From: a bacterium
Lineage (GTDB): Bacteria > Patescibacteriota > Minisyncoccia > Phycocordibacterales > UBA9973
Length of the DNA stretch: 64,000 bases
Assembly (NCBI GenBank): GCA_037130655.1
Contig: JBAXSP010000004.1
Location: 337 to 64,336, forward strand
Direction of reading: 5' to 3'
This document shows, piece after piece, positions 10,914 through 21,424 of this stretch (positions are counted from its first letter, which is position 1; every line of letters starts with the position of its first letter). The notes under the pieces were generated by a model. The model ran no database searches and was not told the DNA's origin. It worked only from the letters and a program-made list of their open reading frames with translations. A program made the translations under genes and the position numbers.

Positions 10914-11830
10914 TACTTCAGTATACTAGAGCGCGACAAAGCCAACCACTCTTTTATGTGCAAATCTTCGGCGCGGATGTTTGAGGGAATTTTCGATTCC
11001 TCAAACATCCGCGCAATCACCTCACTTTGTATTCCACCTTCCTTCAAATTATGCGCCAATGTCTTTCGTTTGTGACCAAAACCAAGATGAATTAATTCAA
11101 AAAAAGCTTTTTCTTCTTTGGTATTCTTAAAATTACTACGAGAAATGTTTGAAATCGACAAAATAGCCGAATCAACCTTTGGTGCTGGCACAAATGAGCC
11201 TGCTTTCACAACATCGACGAGTTTTGGTTCACCAAAAGCTTTGATTGAAATAGAAAGAAGTGAACCTTTCTCGTCACGAGCAACCGCACGCTCAGCAACT
11301 TCTTTTTGCACCAAAACAACGATTTTACTTGGCTGAACCACTTCTTCGAGGAATTTCCGGACGATTGCACCTGTTATATAGTAGGGAATGTTTGCGATTA
11401 ATTTGTATGTGATTACGTCCGAAGTTTTCTCGATGGTCTGTTTTTTCAAAGGTCCTGCGGAGGCGGGTAGCCGAGCACGAGCCGATTTTTCACCAGAAAA
11501 ATACGGCGTACCTTTGAAAAAGCAGGACCATTCTAACATTGCGTTCTTAATTGGAATTTCTAATATATCTCCCTCAATAAGTAATAGTTGTTTATTTTCA
11601 AGCTCTTTCGAAAATTTTTCACGTAACAAAGGTATCAATTCACGGTCTTTTTCAATTGCCACGACTTTTGCACCAGTTTTGAGTAAACTTTCAGTCAAAA
11701 TACCGGTTCCAGGACCGATTTCAAGCACCGTATCAGTTTTTTTGAGCTCTCCGGCTTCGACAATCTGTCTGACCGCCTTTTCTGACTTCAAAAAATTCTG
11801 CCCGAGGGATTTTTTAGCTTTGTATTCCAT
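10913..11830 (-). CDS. rsmA: 16S rRNA adenine dimethyltransferase RsmA/KsgA with an in-frame ~33-aa insertion
   Basis: KKSLGQNFL, LEIGPGTG, IANIPYYIT, FVPAPKVDSA motifs. Confidence 0.97.
   Translation of the reverse strand: MEYKAKKSLGQNFLKSEKAVRQIVEAGELKKTDTVLEIGPGTGILTESLLKTGAKVVAIEKDRELIPLLREKFSKELENKQLLLIEGDILEIPIKNAMLEWSCFFKGTPYFSGEKSARARLPASAGPLKKQTIEKTSDVITYKLIANIPYYITGAIVRKFLEEVVQPSKIVVLVQKEVAERAVARDEKGSLLSISIKAFGEPKLVDVVKAGSFVPAPKVDSAILSISNISRSNFKNTKEEKAFFELIHLGFGHKRKTLAHNLKEGGIQSEVIARMFEESKIPSNIRAEDLHIKEWLALSRSSILK
11433..11531. mobile_element. Palindromic element (ATTTTTCACCAGAAAAAT family) inserted in frame in rsmA
   Basis: Inverted arms 11433-11453 and 11510-11531; core GCGGAGGCGGGTAGCCGAGCA...ATTTTTCACCAGAAAAATA shared with intergenic copies at 43604 and 51861. 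Confidence 0.8.
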
Positions 11831-11928
11831 GGAGCAAGTATATCAGTATTTCAGTAGTCAGAATATAGAAATAAAAAAAGGGCTTCGCAAGCGAAGCCCT
11901 TAAGGGTACAAAAGAAAAAAGAAAAGGA

Positions 11929-12667
11929 TTAGAAATTGACTTGTCGAGGACCGCGGACCGCATTGCGATTGTCACGATCGAGCCAGTCCAAGCAGAAACG
12001 ACCATCGCCACCCCTGCCCATGCAGAGCACGCAGTCATCGGAATCCAAGGCATGAAAACGAGTCACTCCTTTGACATCAAGCATATTGTTCGTCTCAAAG
12101 CGGTAACGAAGGGCAAATATAATTCCTTCAATAGGGATCATATATTTATTGCCATCACTGCAAAAATCATCATAGCTTTTGTTCAAATGCTTTTTGTCCG
12201 GCTCAACAGTACCAACGTGCGTAATGCAATAATTACCATCGGGACGAAATTGCTTGGTTTTTGTACAAGCATCGATATCCTTTGAATAGTCATTATTGTA
12301 CACACTTTTGTCGCCAAAAAGTTTTTTGTACACTTGTATCCATTGTTTGCCCGTAATCGAGCGTTGCAAATTCTTCGGAATACTCTGGCAATGTTACTAA
12401 ATTCCAATCAATTTCTTGTGCAGGCAATCCAAGAATTTCATAGACTTTGTTGTAAAAGTTCTGAATTTTCTCTTGTTGTTCTGCCCAAGAAAAAGTGCTT
12501 TTGATACCGAAAATTTCTTTTCGTTTTGACATCGGCATCAGCATAAATGACTGAAGGCATTTGATAAAATCAGGGTTCTGCTTTTTGACTGCTGAACGGA
12601 GATTTTTGTTAACTTCGTGTTGTAGAGCAAACGCAGTGTCTGCATCTACGATGATTTCTTTGTTCAT
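11929..12667 (-). pseudogene. Probable frameshifted hypothetical gene (ORFs 12293-12667 and 11929-12369)
   Basis: Two overlapping same-strand ORFs; the second has only a TTG start inside the first; natural-looking sequence switches frame near 12350. Confidence 0.5.
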
Positions 12668-12852
12668 CTTTTTTACTATTTTTTATTTTGAAAGAATAGA
12701 TCATTTGTTCACTACTCTGTTAGTATTATATCACATATTTTAGATAAAAGTCAATAGACTGTGCGTTTTTCAGTGTTGTAACAAAAAAGCCTGATTTTGC
12801 TTTGCAAAATGACGCTTTTTTGTGTTCCTTATACTTATACTTCTACCTTATA

Positions 12853-14760
12853 CTAGAGATAAATCACCCTCCCCAAATTACTTTGCCATTCTTCTTTTTC
12901 AATCAACTCTTCCGGAATATCAAATAAAAATTCTGATGGTACGGTAATTTGTCGTTGTCCGAAAATAGTTCGAATCGTCGCATACGTCAAAAACAATTTT
13001 TTACGTGCACGAGTGACGGCCACATAAAAGAGTCGGCGCTCTTCTTCTTTTTCTTCGACTTTTGTTTGTCCGTCTCGTTCAAGTGGAAAGAGTCCGTGTT
13101 CAAGCCCAACAACAAACACATATTCAAACTCCAATCCTTTCGATGCGTGTACCGTCATCAAACGTGCTGAGTTGTTTTGTTCATCAATACTATCTTGATC
13201 AGAGACCAATGCAACTTCTTCGACAAACGCCATGAGTGCTTCTTCAGGTGGCAAGTGGTTCCATTTGGTCGCAACAGTCGCGAGTTCTTCCATGTTTGCC
13301 AATCGCTCACGATCTTCGTCGGTACCGGCTTCCAATTCTTTTTTCAATCCAGTTTTTTCAATGATGTATTTGATGAGCAAGTCAGTTGTATGTGTTTCTC
13401 CGTACACACGAATGTCTTCAAGTAATGCAAAAAATCCATCAACCTTTTTACTCATTGCTGGTGGCAAGGCTTCGCGTTGTTCAGCAAATACTTTCAATAT
13501 TGTTGTCTTGCCGATACCACGAGCAGGTACATTGATGATACGTTTCAAATCAGATAGTGAATCTGGATTGAGGGCCGCACGTACATATGAAATGATATCT
13601 TTAACTTCTTTTCGATCGAAGAATTTTGTTCCGACGATTTGATAATGTAATCCGCGATTCATAAACATATCTTCGAATGTTCGAGATTGGAAGTTCGCAC
13701 GATAGAGTATTGCAATTTCATTTCCTTTGACCCCCTGATCAAGTAATTCAGTTATTTTGTCGACAACAAATTCTGCTTCGTATTTTTCATCATAACCTTC
13801 ATAGAGTCCGACAAGTGCACCGTCTTCACCATTGGTAAACAATGTCTTGTCTTTGCGATTTTTATTTTTCTTGATGATTTCATTTGCAACACTCAAGATA
13901 TTTTTGGTTGAACGATAATTTTCTTCAAGTAATACAATTTTTGCATCAGGATAATCTTTTTCAAAATTCAAAATATTATTGACGTTTGCACCACGCCAAC
14001 TATAAATCGTCTGATCACCGTCACCGACAACACACAGGTTACGATATTTTTTGGCTAGCAATTTTGCAAGCGTATATTGCACTTCGTTAGTGTCTTGATA
14101 TTCATCAATATGAATATAGTGATATCGTTCTTGCCATTTTTCTAACACGTCCGGATGTTTCTGAAACAGTGTCACGGTCTTCAACAAGAGATCGTCGAAG
14201 TCAACACTGTTTTCTCTTTTGAGTGCAGCTTCATATGCTTCCCAAATTTTGAGCACTGTTTTTCCAAACATACTTTCAGCTTTTTCTCGATATGCATCAA
14301 CAGTCACAAACTCACCTTTTTCGCGAGAAATAATTCCACGGAATTTTTTGGGTTCGTATTGTTTTGGATCAAGACCAAACGCAATGATTGCATCTTTAAT
14401 GAGTGCATTAGTATCGGCAGTATCGGCAATCGTAAACATTTTTTTCAAGCCGACTTTTTCATATTCTTCTCGAAGTACACGAACGCCAAATGAGTGAAAT
14501 GTCGTCAGTGTTGGCAATGATGAAACAGTTCCAATTTCTTTTTCGATGAGTGAAACCGCGCGTTCGCGCATTTCTCCGCCAGCTTTATTCGTGAAAGTAA
14601 TCGCAAGGATTTGATGTGGTGGAACGCCGTTTTTGATGAGCTCTACAATACGATGGGTGAGAGTCTTTGTCTTACCTGCACCAGCACCTGCCAAAATGAG
14701 CATTGGTCCATCTTTGTGCAAAACTGCTTGTAATTGTGCATCGTTCAATGAGTGTGACAT
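12853..14760 (-). CDS. pcrA: UvrD/PcrA-family ATP-dependent DNA helicase
   Basis: LAGAGAGKT, IDEYQDTN, VGDGDQTIYSWRGA, NYRST, TVHASKGLEF, EEERRLFYVAVTRA. Confidence 0.95.
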   Translation of the reverse strand: MSHSLNDAQLQAVLHKDGPMLILAGAGAGKTKTLTHRIVELIKNGVPPHQILAITFTNKAGGEMRERAVSLIEKEIGTVSSLPTLTTFHSFGVRVLREEYEKVGLKKMFTIADTADTNALIKDAIIAFGLDPKQYEPKKFRGIISREKGEFVTVDAYREKAESMFGKTVLKIWEAYEAALKRENSVDFDDLLLKTVTLFQKHPDVLEKWQERYHYIHIDEYQDTNEVQYTLAKLLAKKYRNLCVVGDGDQTIYSWRGANVNNILNFEKDYPDAKIVLLEENYRSTKNILSVANEIIKKNKNRKDKTLFTNGEDGALVGLYEGYDEKYEAEFVVDKITELLDQGVKGNEIAILYRANFQSRTFEDMFMNRGLHYQIVGTKFFDRKEVKDIISYVRAALNPDSLSDLKRIINVPARGIGKTTILKVFAEQREALPPAMSKKVDGFFALLEDIRVYGETHTTDLLIKYIIEKTGLKKELEAGTDEDRERLANMEELATVATKWNHLPPEEALMAFVEEVALVSDQDSIDEQNNSARLMTVHASKGLEFEYVFVVGLEHGLFPLERDGQTKVEEKEEERRLFYVAVTRARKKLFLTYATIRTIFGQRQITVPSEFLFDIPEELIEKEEWQSNLGRVIYL

Positions 14761-14830
14761 TGTATTACTTTATCACACGTGCGTGAAAATAAAAAAATAA
14801 CACCTTGCAGTGTTATTTTTTTATTTTCAA

Positions 14831-17779
14831 CTATTTCTTATTTGCCATCGCCAAGTGAATATAATCAACAATTTTGTATCCAGTAGGACTGATGCCTGAA
14901 CTTTTTTGCAAATCAATGATTACTTGTGCCAATTGTTGCAGTTTTTTATCATTTGTTTTTTGAGTCAAAAATGTTGCTGTATCTTTATATGCTACATTCA
15001 TCCACTCTTTACTTTGCACCCCATCTTGTATTTTGAAACCAAAAAGTTTTGAATCAAAGATATGGTTGATGGTTTCTTGAAATTGTGGCTCGATTGCACC
15101 AAGCTGGCTGTAATCAATTGTTTTGATAATTGTTGAATCAGTTGCTTCATCTGGTCGTGGAATTTTTGGACCGGTGTATGTGGTAGCGGTATCTGTGACA
15201 GATGAGTTGTCGGCAAAATCACTTGCCTGTGTATCAATCTCATTTTCATCGATTGCAGGTGGGTAAAACTTTTCAATGGCGCCGGTGTTTTTAGTTGCAC
15301 CTTTTATTGAAGTAATTTTCTTTTCAAATAATTCTTCATATGGCTTGTTGATATTCTCTTCGCCAACCACTTTTTTGCCATCGAAATATTCATGAATCAC
15401 TGCCTTGCCATCAGTATCAAATTCGACTTTGTACGCAGCGTGATCGATTGCATCTTTGGTCAAACGAACTTCTTTCAATCCATTCATATACCCTTCTTGT
15501 TTGATCAGTTCAACACCTTTGTTGAATGCAAATGCATGCAAATCCTCTCCTTCCTTGAAACCGAGCTTCATTGCGAGTTCTTTATTGTTTTCAATTTGTC
15601 GAATGATTACTGAACTGACTCCATCATTTTCATGCACCAACATATCTGAAGAAATAAGTTCTGGTGTTTTAGGTGTTTGTATTTCTTGTGTTACTTGTTT
15701 GAGTGTATCTACATTGTTTCCGATTGGATTTTTTGCAACATAGGTAGAATCAATTGCATTTGAATTTGGAGATACTGGTACTTTTACTTCTTGTATCTGT
15801 TCGGCATTTATCTTTACTGTTCCCTTGACCACTTGCCCATCAGGAGTACCTTGTCCCCACAACCACTCAGAAACTCCAGCACCAATCAATCCGCCGAGCG
15901 CACCAAACTTTGCAGATTCCCAAGCTTTTTCTTTGACATAATTTTTTTCTTCTTGCGCAAGTGCATTGCGGTATGCTTCTCGATTACTTTGAAGTGCCTC
16001 AGCTCTGTTTTTGAAACGATGAACTGAACCAAAGAAATCATTTGTTGCAATCGTACCACCACGCTCTTCTTGTTCATCTATTTTTTGTGCCAATTCTTCT
16101 TTGAGTGATTGTTGTAACCCTGAATCAGAAATAGCGAGCGTTGTTGCACCTTCTCGAAGCAATGTATTGAGTGCCATTTTTTCTTGCAACCCACTTTGCC
16201 CTTTATCAAATACCATTTCACCTTTTTCTATTTTTTCTCGAACATAGTCCAAACGGTTTTCAAGTTGTATTCTCCAAAAAGCAACATCACCTTCATTTGA
16301 AGCAGTGTTTATTTTGTCTTTCATACGAGCTATCGTATGACCAATTTTTTGCAAACTTTCTGCTGGAGCATGCTCACCTTTTTTGTACAGCAATGCATCT
16401 CGTGAAATTGTTAGCTTTTGACCAAGATCGTCTTCGATTTCAAAAGAACGACTTGGTGTATCTGTCCCACTTCTTCGTCGGTTTCCTGCTTCATATACAA
16501 GTGAATCTTTTGTTCGTTTTTGTCCACGCAAATATCCGATTGCACCAGAGATAAGCGGTGCCGCAATGATAGTAGCCGCGCCAAAACCAGCAACCGCACC
16601 TGCACCAATTGCACCTTTTCGAAGTGCGCCACCACCTGCCATATAATAACCATTGTCTTGTACATAGCCCGTCAGGTATTTTTGCCAAACTTTTCCTTTC
16701 TCAATTCCAACAAAGGCTTTGTGAATTCTTGGCTCACTTGCAAACAAACGGTCAGTCATCACGCGACCTTCGAGTTCTGCCAATTTACTTCCTGCTTCTT
16801 GTTCACTCAAACCAACAGACACCAGTTGTTCAAATTGTTTTTCTTTGGCTTGTTCAAATGCATTTTTTGCTTCGTTGTATTTTTTCTGCAACTCTTTTGG
16901 TGCCTCAGGTGTTGCCCATGCTTCCGGAATATTTTTCAATTCATAGGCACTTTTATCTAACGAATATTTTGCATCATCAAAAGATTCTTTTTTTGCAACT
17001 GGAATTGTGGGAGTGATTCCAACTTCAGAAAAATAATCAAACAATGCATCACCTTTTTTGTTCACCAATATTTTTCTTTCTTTGACGGTATTTTTAAAAA
17101 AATCAAAATCAACTTCGTCTTGTTTGATATGAGCGAGTGCTTGTTTTTCGTAAGCAAGTAATTTTGCATTTTTACTAAATTGCAAACCAATATTTTTCCC
17201 AATACTTTTTACTTTTCCCAAAAAACCCACACCTGCTTGTGCATTCTTTTTATCAAGCTCAAACATATCACGTGCACGAAGTTTTGATTCTTGCACGGCA
17301 TATGATTGCATCCGTTCGAGTAAAACGGTTTTTTGTTGCCAACTCAGCCCTTCGAGCTTTGACATATTTGGTAACTCACGATTAATAGCAATAGATTTTT
17401 TACCTACAGGTGTATTATGTTCACTCACGTCGCGAACCATTTCCTTTGGAAAAAATTCAGGAAATGATTTCAAAAACTTTTCATTTATTTCAGCGTTTTT
17501 CTTTTCTGTTTCTTTTTGTTGTTTTTGCTCAAATAAAGCATCTTTTTCTTCTTCTGACTTCCCTTCAAAAACCTTCCCAATTTTTTCTTTGAGTTTTGAA
17601 ATCTTGCCTTTCTTTTTTTCTTCAGGCTCTGGAGTAGGAACGGTTTCTTCGTTAGATTCATTAGACTCAGTGACCTCAACAGCCTCTTGTTCGACAATAT
17701 TCTCAGCATCTAGCAACTCTTTGGCTTTTCTGTTTTTTTCTCGCTCGGGCCCATAGCTCATCATATCTAGCTCGTTCAT
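14831..17779 (-). CDS. Large hypothetical protein with coiled coils and glycine-zipper TM segments
   Basis: 982-aa ORF; GAIGAGAVAGFGAA and GALGGLIGAGV segments. Confidence 0.8.
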   Translation of the reverse strand: MNELDMMSYGPEREKNRKAKELLDAENIVEQEAVEVTESNESNEETVPTPEPEEKKKGKISKLKEKIGKVFEGKSEEEKDALFEQKQQKETEKKNAEINEKFLKSFPEFFPKEMVRDVSEHNTPVGKKSIAINRELPNMSKLEGLSWQQKTVLLERMQSYAVQESKLRARDMFELDKKNAQAGVGFLGKVKSIGKNIGLQFSKNAKLLAYEKQALAHIKQDEVDFDFFKNTVKERKILVNKKGDALFDYFSEVGITPTIPVAKKESFDDAKYSLDKSAYELKNIPEAWATPEAPKELQKKYNEAKNAFEQAKEKQFEQLVSVGLSEQEAGSKLAELEGRVMTDRLFASEPRIHKAFVGIEKGKVWQKYLTGYVQDNGYYMAGGGALRKGAIGAGAVAGFGAATIIAAPLISGAIGYLRGQKRTKDSLVYEAGNRRRSGTDTPSRSFEIEDDLGQKLTISRDALLYKKGEHAPAESLQKIGHTIARMKDKINTASNEGDVAFWRIQLENRLDYVREKIEKGEMVFDKGQSGLQEKMALNTLLREGATTLAISDSGLQQSLKEELAQKIDEQEERGGTIATNDFFGSVHRFKNRAEALQSNREAYRNALAQEEKNYVKEKAWESAKFGALGGLIGAGVSEWLWGQGTPDGQVVKGTVKINAEQIQEVKVPVSPNSNAIDSTYVAKNPIGNNVDTLKQVTQEIQTPKTPELISSDMLVHENDGVSSVIIRQIENNKELAMKLGFKEGEDLHAFAFNKGVELIKQEGYMNGLKEVRLTKDAIDHAAYKVEFDTDGKAVIHEYFDGKKVVGEENINKPYEELFEKKITSIKGATKNTGAIEKFYPPAIDENEIDTQASDFADNSSVTDTATTYTGPKIPRPDEATDSTIIKTIDYSQLGAIEPQFQETINHIFDSKLFGFKIQDGVQSKEWMNVAYKDTATFLTQKTNDKKLQQLAQVIIDLQKSSGISPTGYKIVDYIHLAMANKK

Positions 17780-17970
17780 AATATATAGGATTATTTGCTT
17801 TTAAGTACATCTATTGTATTACACAAACACCCCATTGACCACAAAGAGGTGGTGCGTTAGCATTATATTTACGGGGTTCTCTGCCCTTTTATACTGATAC
17901 TACAGACACGATTTTATCCTTGTTTTTCAAGGAATTCTGCAAAACTGACCGATTGTAACACTCTATATAT

Positions 17971-19221
17971 ATGTGTAGAGCATCAAGAAAGCTTATTTAT
18001 ACAAAAAAACCAAAAAATGTTTCTTCCTCTCCTCGTACTACATTGAAGAAACAGTTATATCGAAACAAAAACCTGACACTTGGGACAGTGGCGTTATTTG
18101 CTATTTTTGCATACACAACAACAGACGCTACGGTGTTTGATAAAATCGCAGCCTTTTTCCAAAGCAAGCCAGTAGTCAAAAGCAATTCTCAGACAGTTGC
18201 ATTACTTGATCCACTCAACAGCACTGAGAATGCTGGTATTCCAGTCCTCTTAGAAGGAGATGATTCTCTTTCTGCCGAAACAGGACCAATGGGCACACAA
18301 GCTGATATTGAAGACTATTACCCAGCAAGTGATGAGATTCAAACATACACAACAAAAGATGGTGACACATTGAAAGGTATTGCAAAAATGTTTGACGTTA
18401 GTCCAAGTACTATTATCTGGGCAAACAACCTTGATACAAATACAAAACTAACAACCGGGCAAACATTGGTTATTCTCCCTGTTTCTGGATTACAGTATAC
18501 ACCTAAAAAAGGAGATACTGTTGGTGGGATTGCAAAACGTTTTGGTGTAGACCCTGAAGATATTACTTCTTTCAACGGCATTTCTACACTAACAACCGGC
18601 GAAGCAATCATTGTTCCAAATGGTGAAATGGAAAAACCAACACCTGTTGAGAAAAAACCAGTAAAACAAATAGCAAAAACAACTAAAGAACCGGTGATCA
18701 TCAAAAAAGGAGAAACAGTATTCGATAGAACAATTGGAAGTGTCTTTAGTCTTGCTGGTCCACAAAAAGGTGAAACTGTTGCACGCTCAAGACGTGGTGA
18801 AAAAATTTGGGGATTCAATGCACCGGCATTCAAAGATTACTATATCTTCCCGGTAGAAGGTGGAATCAAAACTCAAGATCTTCATGGATTCAATGGTATC
18901 GATATTGGATATCCTGGTAGAGCTGGTGGTGCCCCAATCAAAGCCGCAGCAGCAGGAACAGTCATTGTTGCAAAAGATACTGGGTCAAACGGAGGATACG
19001 GAAAATATGTCGTTATCGCTCACAACAATGGAACACAGACACTCTACGCCCACAACTCAAAAAATGCAGTCTCAGTTGGTGACACGGTCAAACAAGGAGA
19101 AGTAATTGCATATATGGGAAGAACAGGGAAAGCAACTGGATACCACGTACACTTTGAAATTCGCGGAGCCAAAAACCCATTTGCTACAAGTTTCAATAGT
19201 GACAATACAAGTAACGACTAA
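17971..19221 (+). CDS. LysM-domain M23 metallopeptidase (true start uncertain)
   Basis: Two LysM repeats (YTTKDGDTLKGIAKMF, YTPKKGDTVGGIAKRF); HGFNGID, LYAH, HVHFE motifs. Confidence 0.92.
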   Translation: MCRASRKLIYTKKPKNVSSSPRTTLKKQLYRNKNLTLGTVALFAIFAYTTTDATVFDKIAAFFQSKPVVKSNSQTVALLDPLNSTENAGIPVLLEGDDSLSAETGPMGTQADIEDYYPASDEIQTYTTKDGDTLKGIAKMFDVSPSTIIWANNLDTNTKLTTGQTLVILPVSGLQYTPKKGDTVGGIAKRFGVDPEDITSFNGISTLTTGEAIIVPNGEMEKPTPVEKKPVKQIAKTTKEPVIIKKGETVFDRTIGSVFSLAGPQKGETVARSRRGEKIWGFNAPAFKDYYIFPVEGGIKTQDLHGFNGIDIGYPGRAGGAPIKAAAAGTVIVAKDTGSNGGYGKYVVIAHNNGTQTLYAHNSKNAVSVGDTVKQGEVIAYMGRTGKATGYHVHFEIRGAKNPFATSFNSDNTSND

Positions 19222-19321
19222 ATAATGACCAATTGCCAATGACTAGTGACTAAAAATCGTATGAAGACTTCGTCTTCATACGATTTTTTAATTGGTCATT
19301 AGTCATTAGACACTAGTCATT
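19222..19321. repeat. Heptamer-arm hairpin cassette #3
   Basis: AATGACC/AATGACT arm, hairpin AAAAATCGTATGAAGAC-TTC-GTCTTCATACGATTTTT, inverted arm that contains the comM stop codon. Confidence 0.9.
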
Positions 19322-20857
19322 GTTTCCGATTTTCGGTCGATATTGTAACGCCTCAAGAATATGAGCAACTTCAACAGTATCTTTGTTTTCTACATCAGCA
19401 ATAGTTCGAGCCAATTTAATCACTCGATGATATGCTCGTGGAGACAGTCCCAATTTTTCTGCACTTGTTTTTAATATGTTTTTTACTTCATCAGAAAGTT
19501 GCACAAACTGATTGAGCTCTTTTGTTGTCATTGCGCTATTCGTCATATCACTTCGCTTCAGTTGCTTAAAACGCTCGTGTTGCTTTTTGCGTGCTTGCAA
19601 TACTTTTTCACGCAACACCTCACTAGTCTCACCGCTTTTATTTGTGCTCATCAAATCATCATACGAAACATGAGGCACTGCAATCATAATATCAATACGG
19701 TCAAGTAGTGGTCCTGATAATTTTCTTTCATATCGCAAAATGTCATGTGCACCACAAATACACTCTTTGACACCGCTTCCTTTGTATCCGCACGGACACG
19801 GATTCATAGCTGCAATCAAAGAAAATCGTGAAGGAAACTGCATCGTTCCTCGTGCACGAGACACCGTCACGACACCATCTTCAAGTGGTTGCCGGAGTGC
19901 TTCGATTACTCGTTTCTCAAATTCAGGAAACTCATCCAAAAACAACACTCCTTTGTGTGCAAGTGTCACTTCACCAGGACGCGGATTAGCACCTCCACCA
20001 ATAAGTGCTACGTACGAAGAAGTATGGTGTGGAGAACGAAATGGTGGAACAAAAGAAATTCCTTCAGCCACTTGTCTACTTCCAACAATTGAATGGATAC
20101 CAATCACCTCAAGCGCTGATTCTTTTGAAAGCGGTGGCAACAATGTCGCAAACGCTTTTGCAAGCAATGTTTTTCCGGTACCAGGCGGTCCATACAAAAT
20201 AACATTATGATTTCCCGCCGCAGCAATGAGCAAGGCCCGCTTCACACTTTCTTGCCCTTGAATATCTTCAAAAGCAATATCATACATTTGAGTGTTTGAA
20301 ATAGGCACCTCTTTAATTGCAGGAAGCGTGAATTCTTTTTTATCATCAAGATGCGCAACCAAATCAGACAATGAATCGAAACCGATAATCTCAATCGCGT
20401 CTACAAGCGAAGCTTCGGTTGCATTTTCACTTGGAACATACAGTGTTTTGATTCCGGCTTTGGCACAAGAAAGTGCAATCGGAAGAACACCTTTGAGCGG
20501 ACGGACACTTCCGTCGAGTGACAGTTCGCCAATAAAAACACTATCATCAGATAGTGGTTGTAAAAACTCTTCACCGACAAGCAACGATAGTGCAATAGCC
20601 ACATCATGATAGGCGCCCTCTTTTTTCAATTCAGCCGGAGCAAGTGCGATCGTAATTTTCTTTGTACCGAATTTTTCTGGCAAGAGATTACTGTTTCGCA
20701 AAGCACTTGTCACACGATTTTTAGATTCCTCAACAGCTTTATCAGGTAATCCCACAACAGCAAAAGAATGTATTCCCCGTTCAACATCTGATTCAACGGT
20801 GACAATAGTTCCCTTGATTCCGAATGGTTGTGCTGATAGCACTCGAGCGAAACTCAT
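19313..20857 (-). CDS. comM: YifB/ComM Mg-chelatase-like AAA+ helicase
   Basis: VVGLPDKAVEES, GPPGTGKT, PFRSPHH, GEVTLAHKGVLFLDEFPEF, AAMNPCPCG; start moved to MSFARV because the ORF-track N-terminus (LVIGHWSLVIGH) translates the heptamer repeat. Confidence 0.93.
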   Translation of the reverse strand: MSFARVLSAQPFGIKGTIVTVESDVERGIHSFAVVGLPDKAVEESKNRVTSALRNSNLLPEKFGTKKITIALAPAELKKEGAYHDVAIALSLLVGEEFLQPLSDDSVFIGELSLDGSVRPLKGVLPIALSCAKAGIKTLYVPSENATEASLVDAIEIIGFDSLSDLVAHLDDKKEFTLPAIKEVPISNTQMYDIAFEDIQGQESVKRALLIAAAGNHNVILYGPPGTGKTLLAKAFATLLPPLSKESALEVIGIHSIVGSRQVAEGISFVPPFRSPHHTSSYVALIGGGANPRPGEVTLAHKGVLFLDEFPEFEKRVIEALRQPLEDGVVTVSRARGTMQFPSRFSLIAAMNPCPCGYKGSGVKECICGAHDILRYERKLSGPLLDRIDIMIAVPHVSYDDLMSTNKSGETSEVLREKVLQARKKQHERFKQLKRSDMTNSAMTTKELNQFVQLSDEVKNILKTSAEKLGLSPRAYHRVIKLARTIADVENKDTVEVAHILEALQYRPKIGNND

Positions 20858-20876
20858 AAATAAAGCATAGCAAAAG

Positions 20877-20977
20877 TAATGACCAATTACTAATGACCAA
20901 TGACCAATGACCAATAATTCGAAAAACACGAAGCCAAAGGCTTCGTGTTTTTATTAGTCATTAGTCACTAGTCATTA
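20877..20977. repeat. Heptamer-arm hairpin cassette #4
   Basis: Five AATGACC-type 7-mers, TTCGAA, hairpin AAAAACACGAAGCC-AAA-GGCTTCGTGTTTTT, inverted arm. Confidence 0.9.
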
Positions 20978-20981
20978 TCTT

Positions 20982-21344
20982 CTATTCGTTAATGTGTTCC
21001 TTACAAGTAGGAGCAGCAGGATTTGCCTCAATTCTGTCTGCTTCAATCTCTTTGCCACACACACGACAGATACCGAATGTGTTTGATTCAAGATTTTCAA
21101 GTGCAGTTTCTACTGACTTTAATCGTGCAGAGAGTGCACTAACGGTAGACCCTCGTTCCTCAAAATCTTCAATACGATCCGCCAAATCATTAAAATCTGC
21201 CTCTGGTCCAGCGTCCTGGTTTTCAGGAACAACTTCCCACATACCAGTTGTCGCATTAAATGATGCGATATCCGAAAGTTCACTTTGTAACTGCTCTTTT
21301 TCTTTAAGCAACAATTCGTGTTGCTCAAGGTGTTGTTCTTTCAT
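20982..21344 (-). CDS. DksA/TraR-family C4 zinc-finger protein
   Basis: Coiled coil, DLAD tip, FGICRVCGKEIEADRIEANPAAPTCKEH. Confidence 0.88.
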   Translation of the reverse strand: MKEQHLEQHELLLKEKEQLQSELSDIASFNATTGMWEVVPENQDAGPEADFNDLADRIEDFEERGSTVSALSARLKSVETALENLESNTFGICRVCGKEIEADRIEANPAAPTCKEHINE

Positions 21345-21424
21345 TTATAAAAATGATTTTACAATCAAAAAATATGATAAGGCGAATCGATAGCTTCGCA
21401 CCATTATGATACCATAACCAAGAC

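Noticed and set aside
17830-17990. Riboswitch ahead of the LysM/M23 gene
   Set aside because: A promoter-like TTGACC-N17-TAGCAT and small hairpins are present, but I cannot match c-di-AMP or other aptamer consensus by eye.
20858-20929. N-terminal extension of ComM (LVIGHWSLVIGH) and ORFs 49728-49952, 49744-49938 and 46046-46228
   Set aside because: These are translations of the heptamer arrays and not credible coding sequence.
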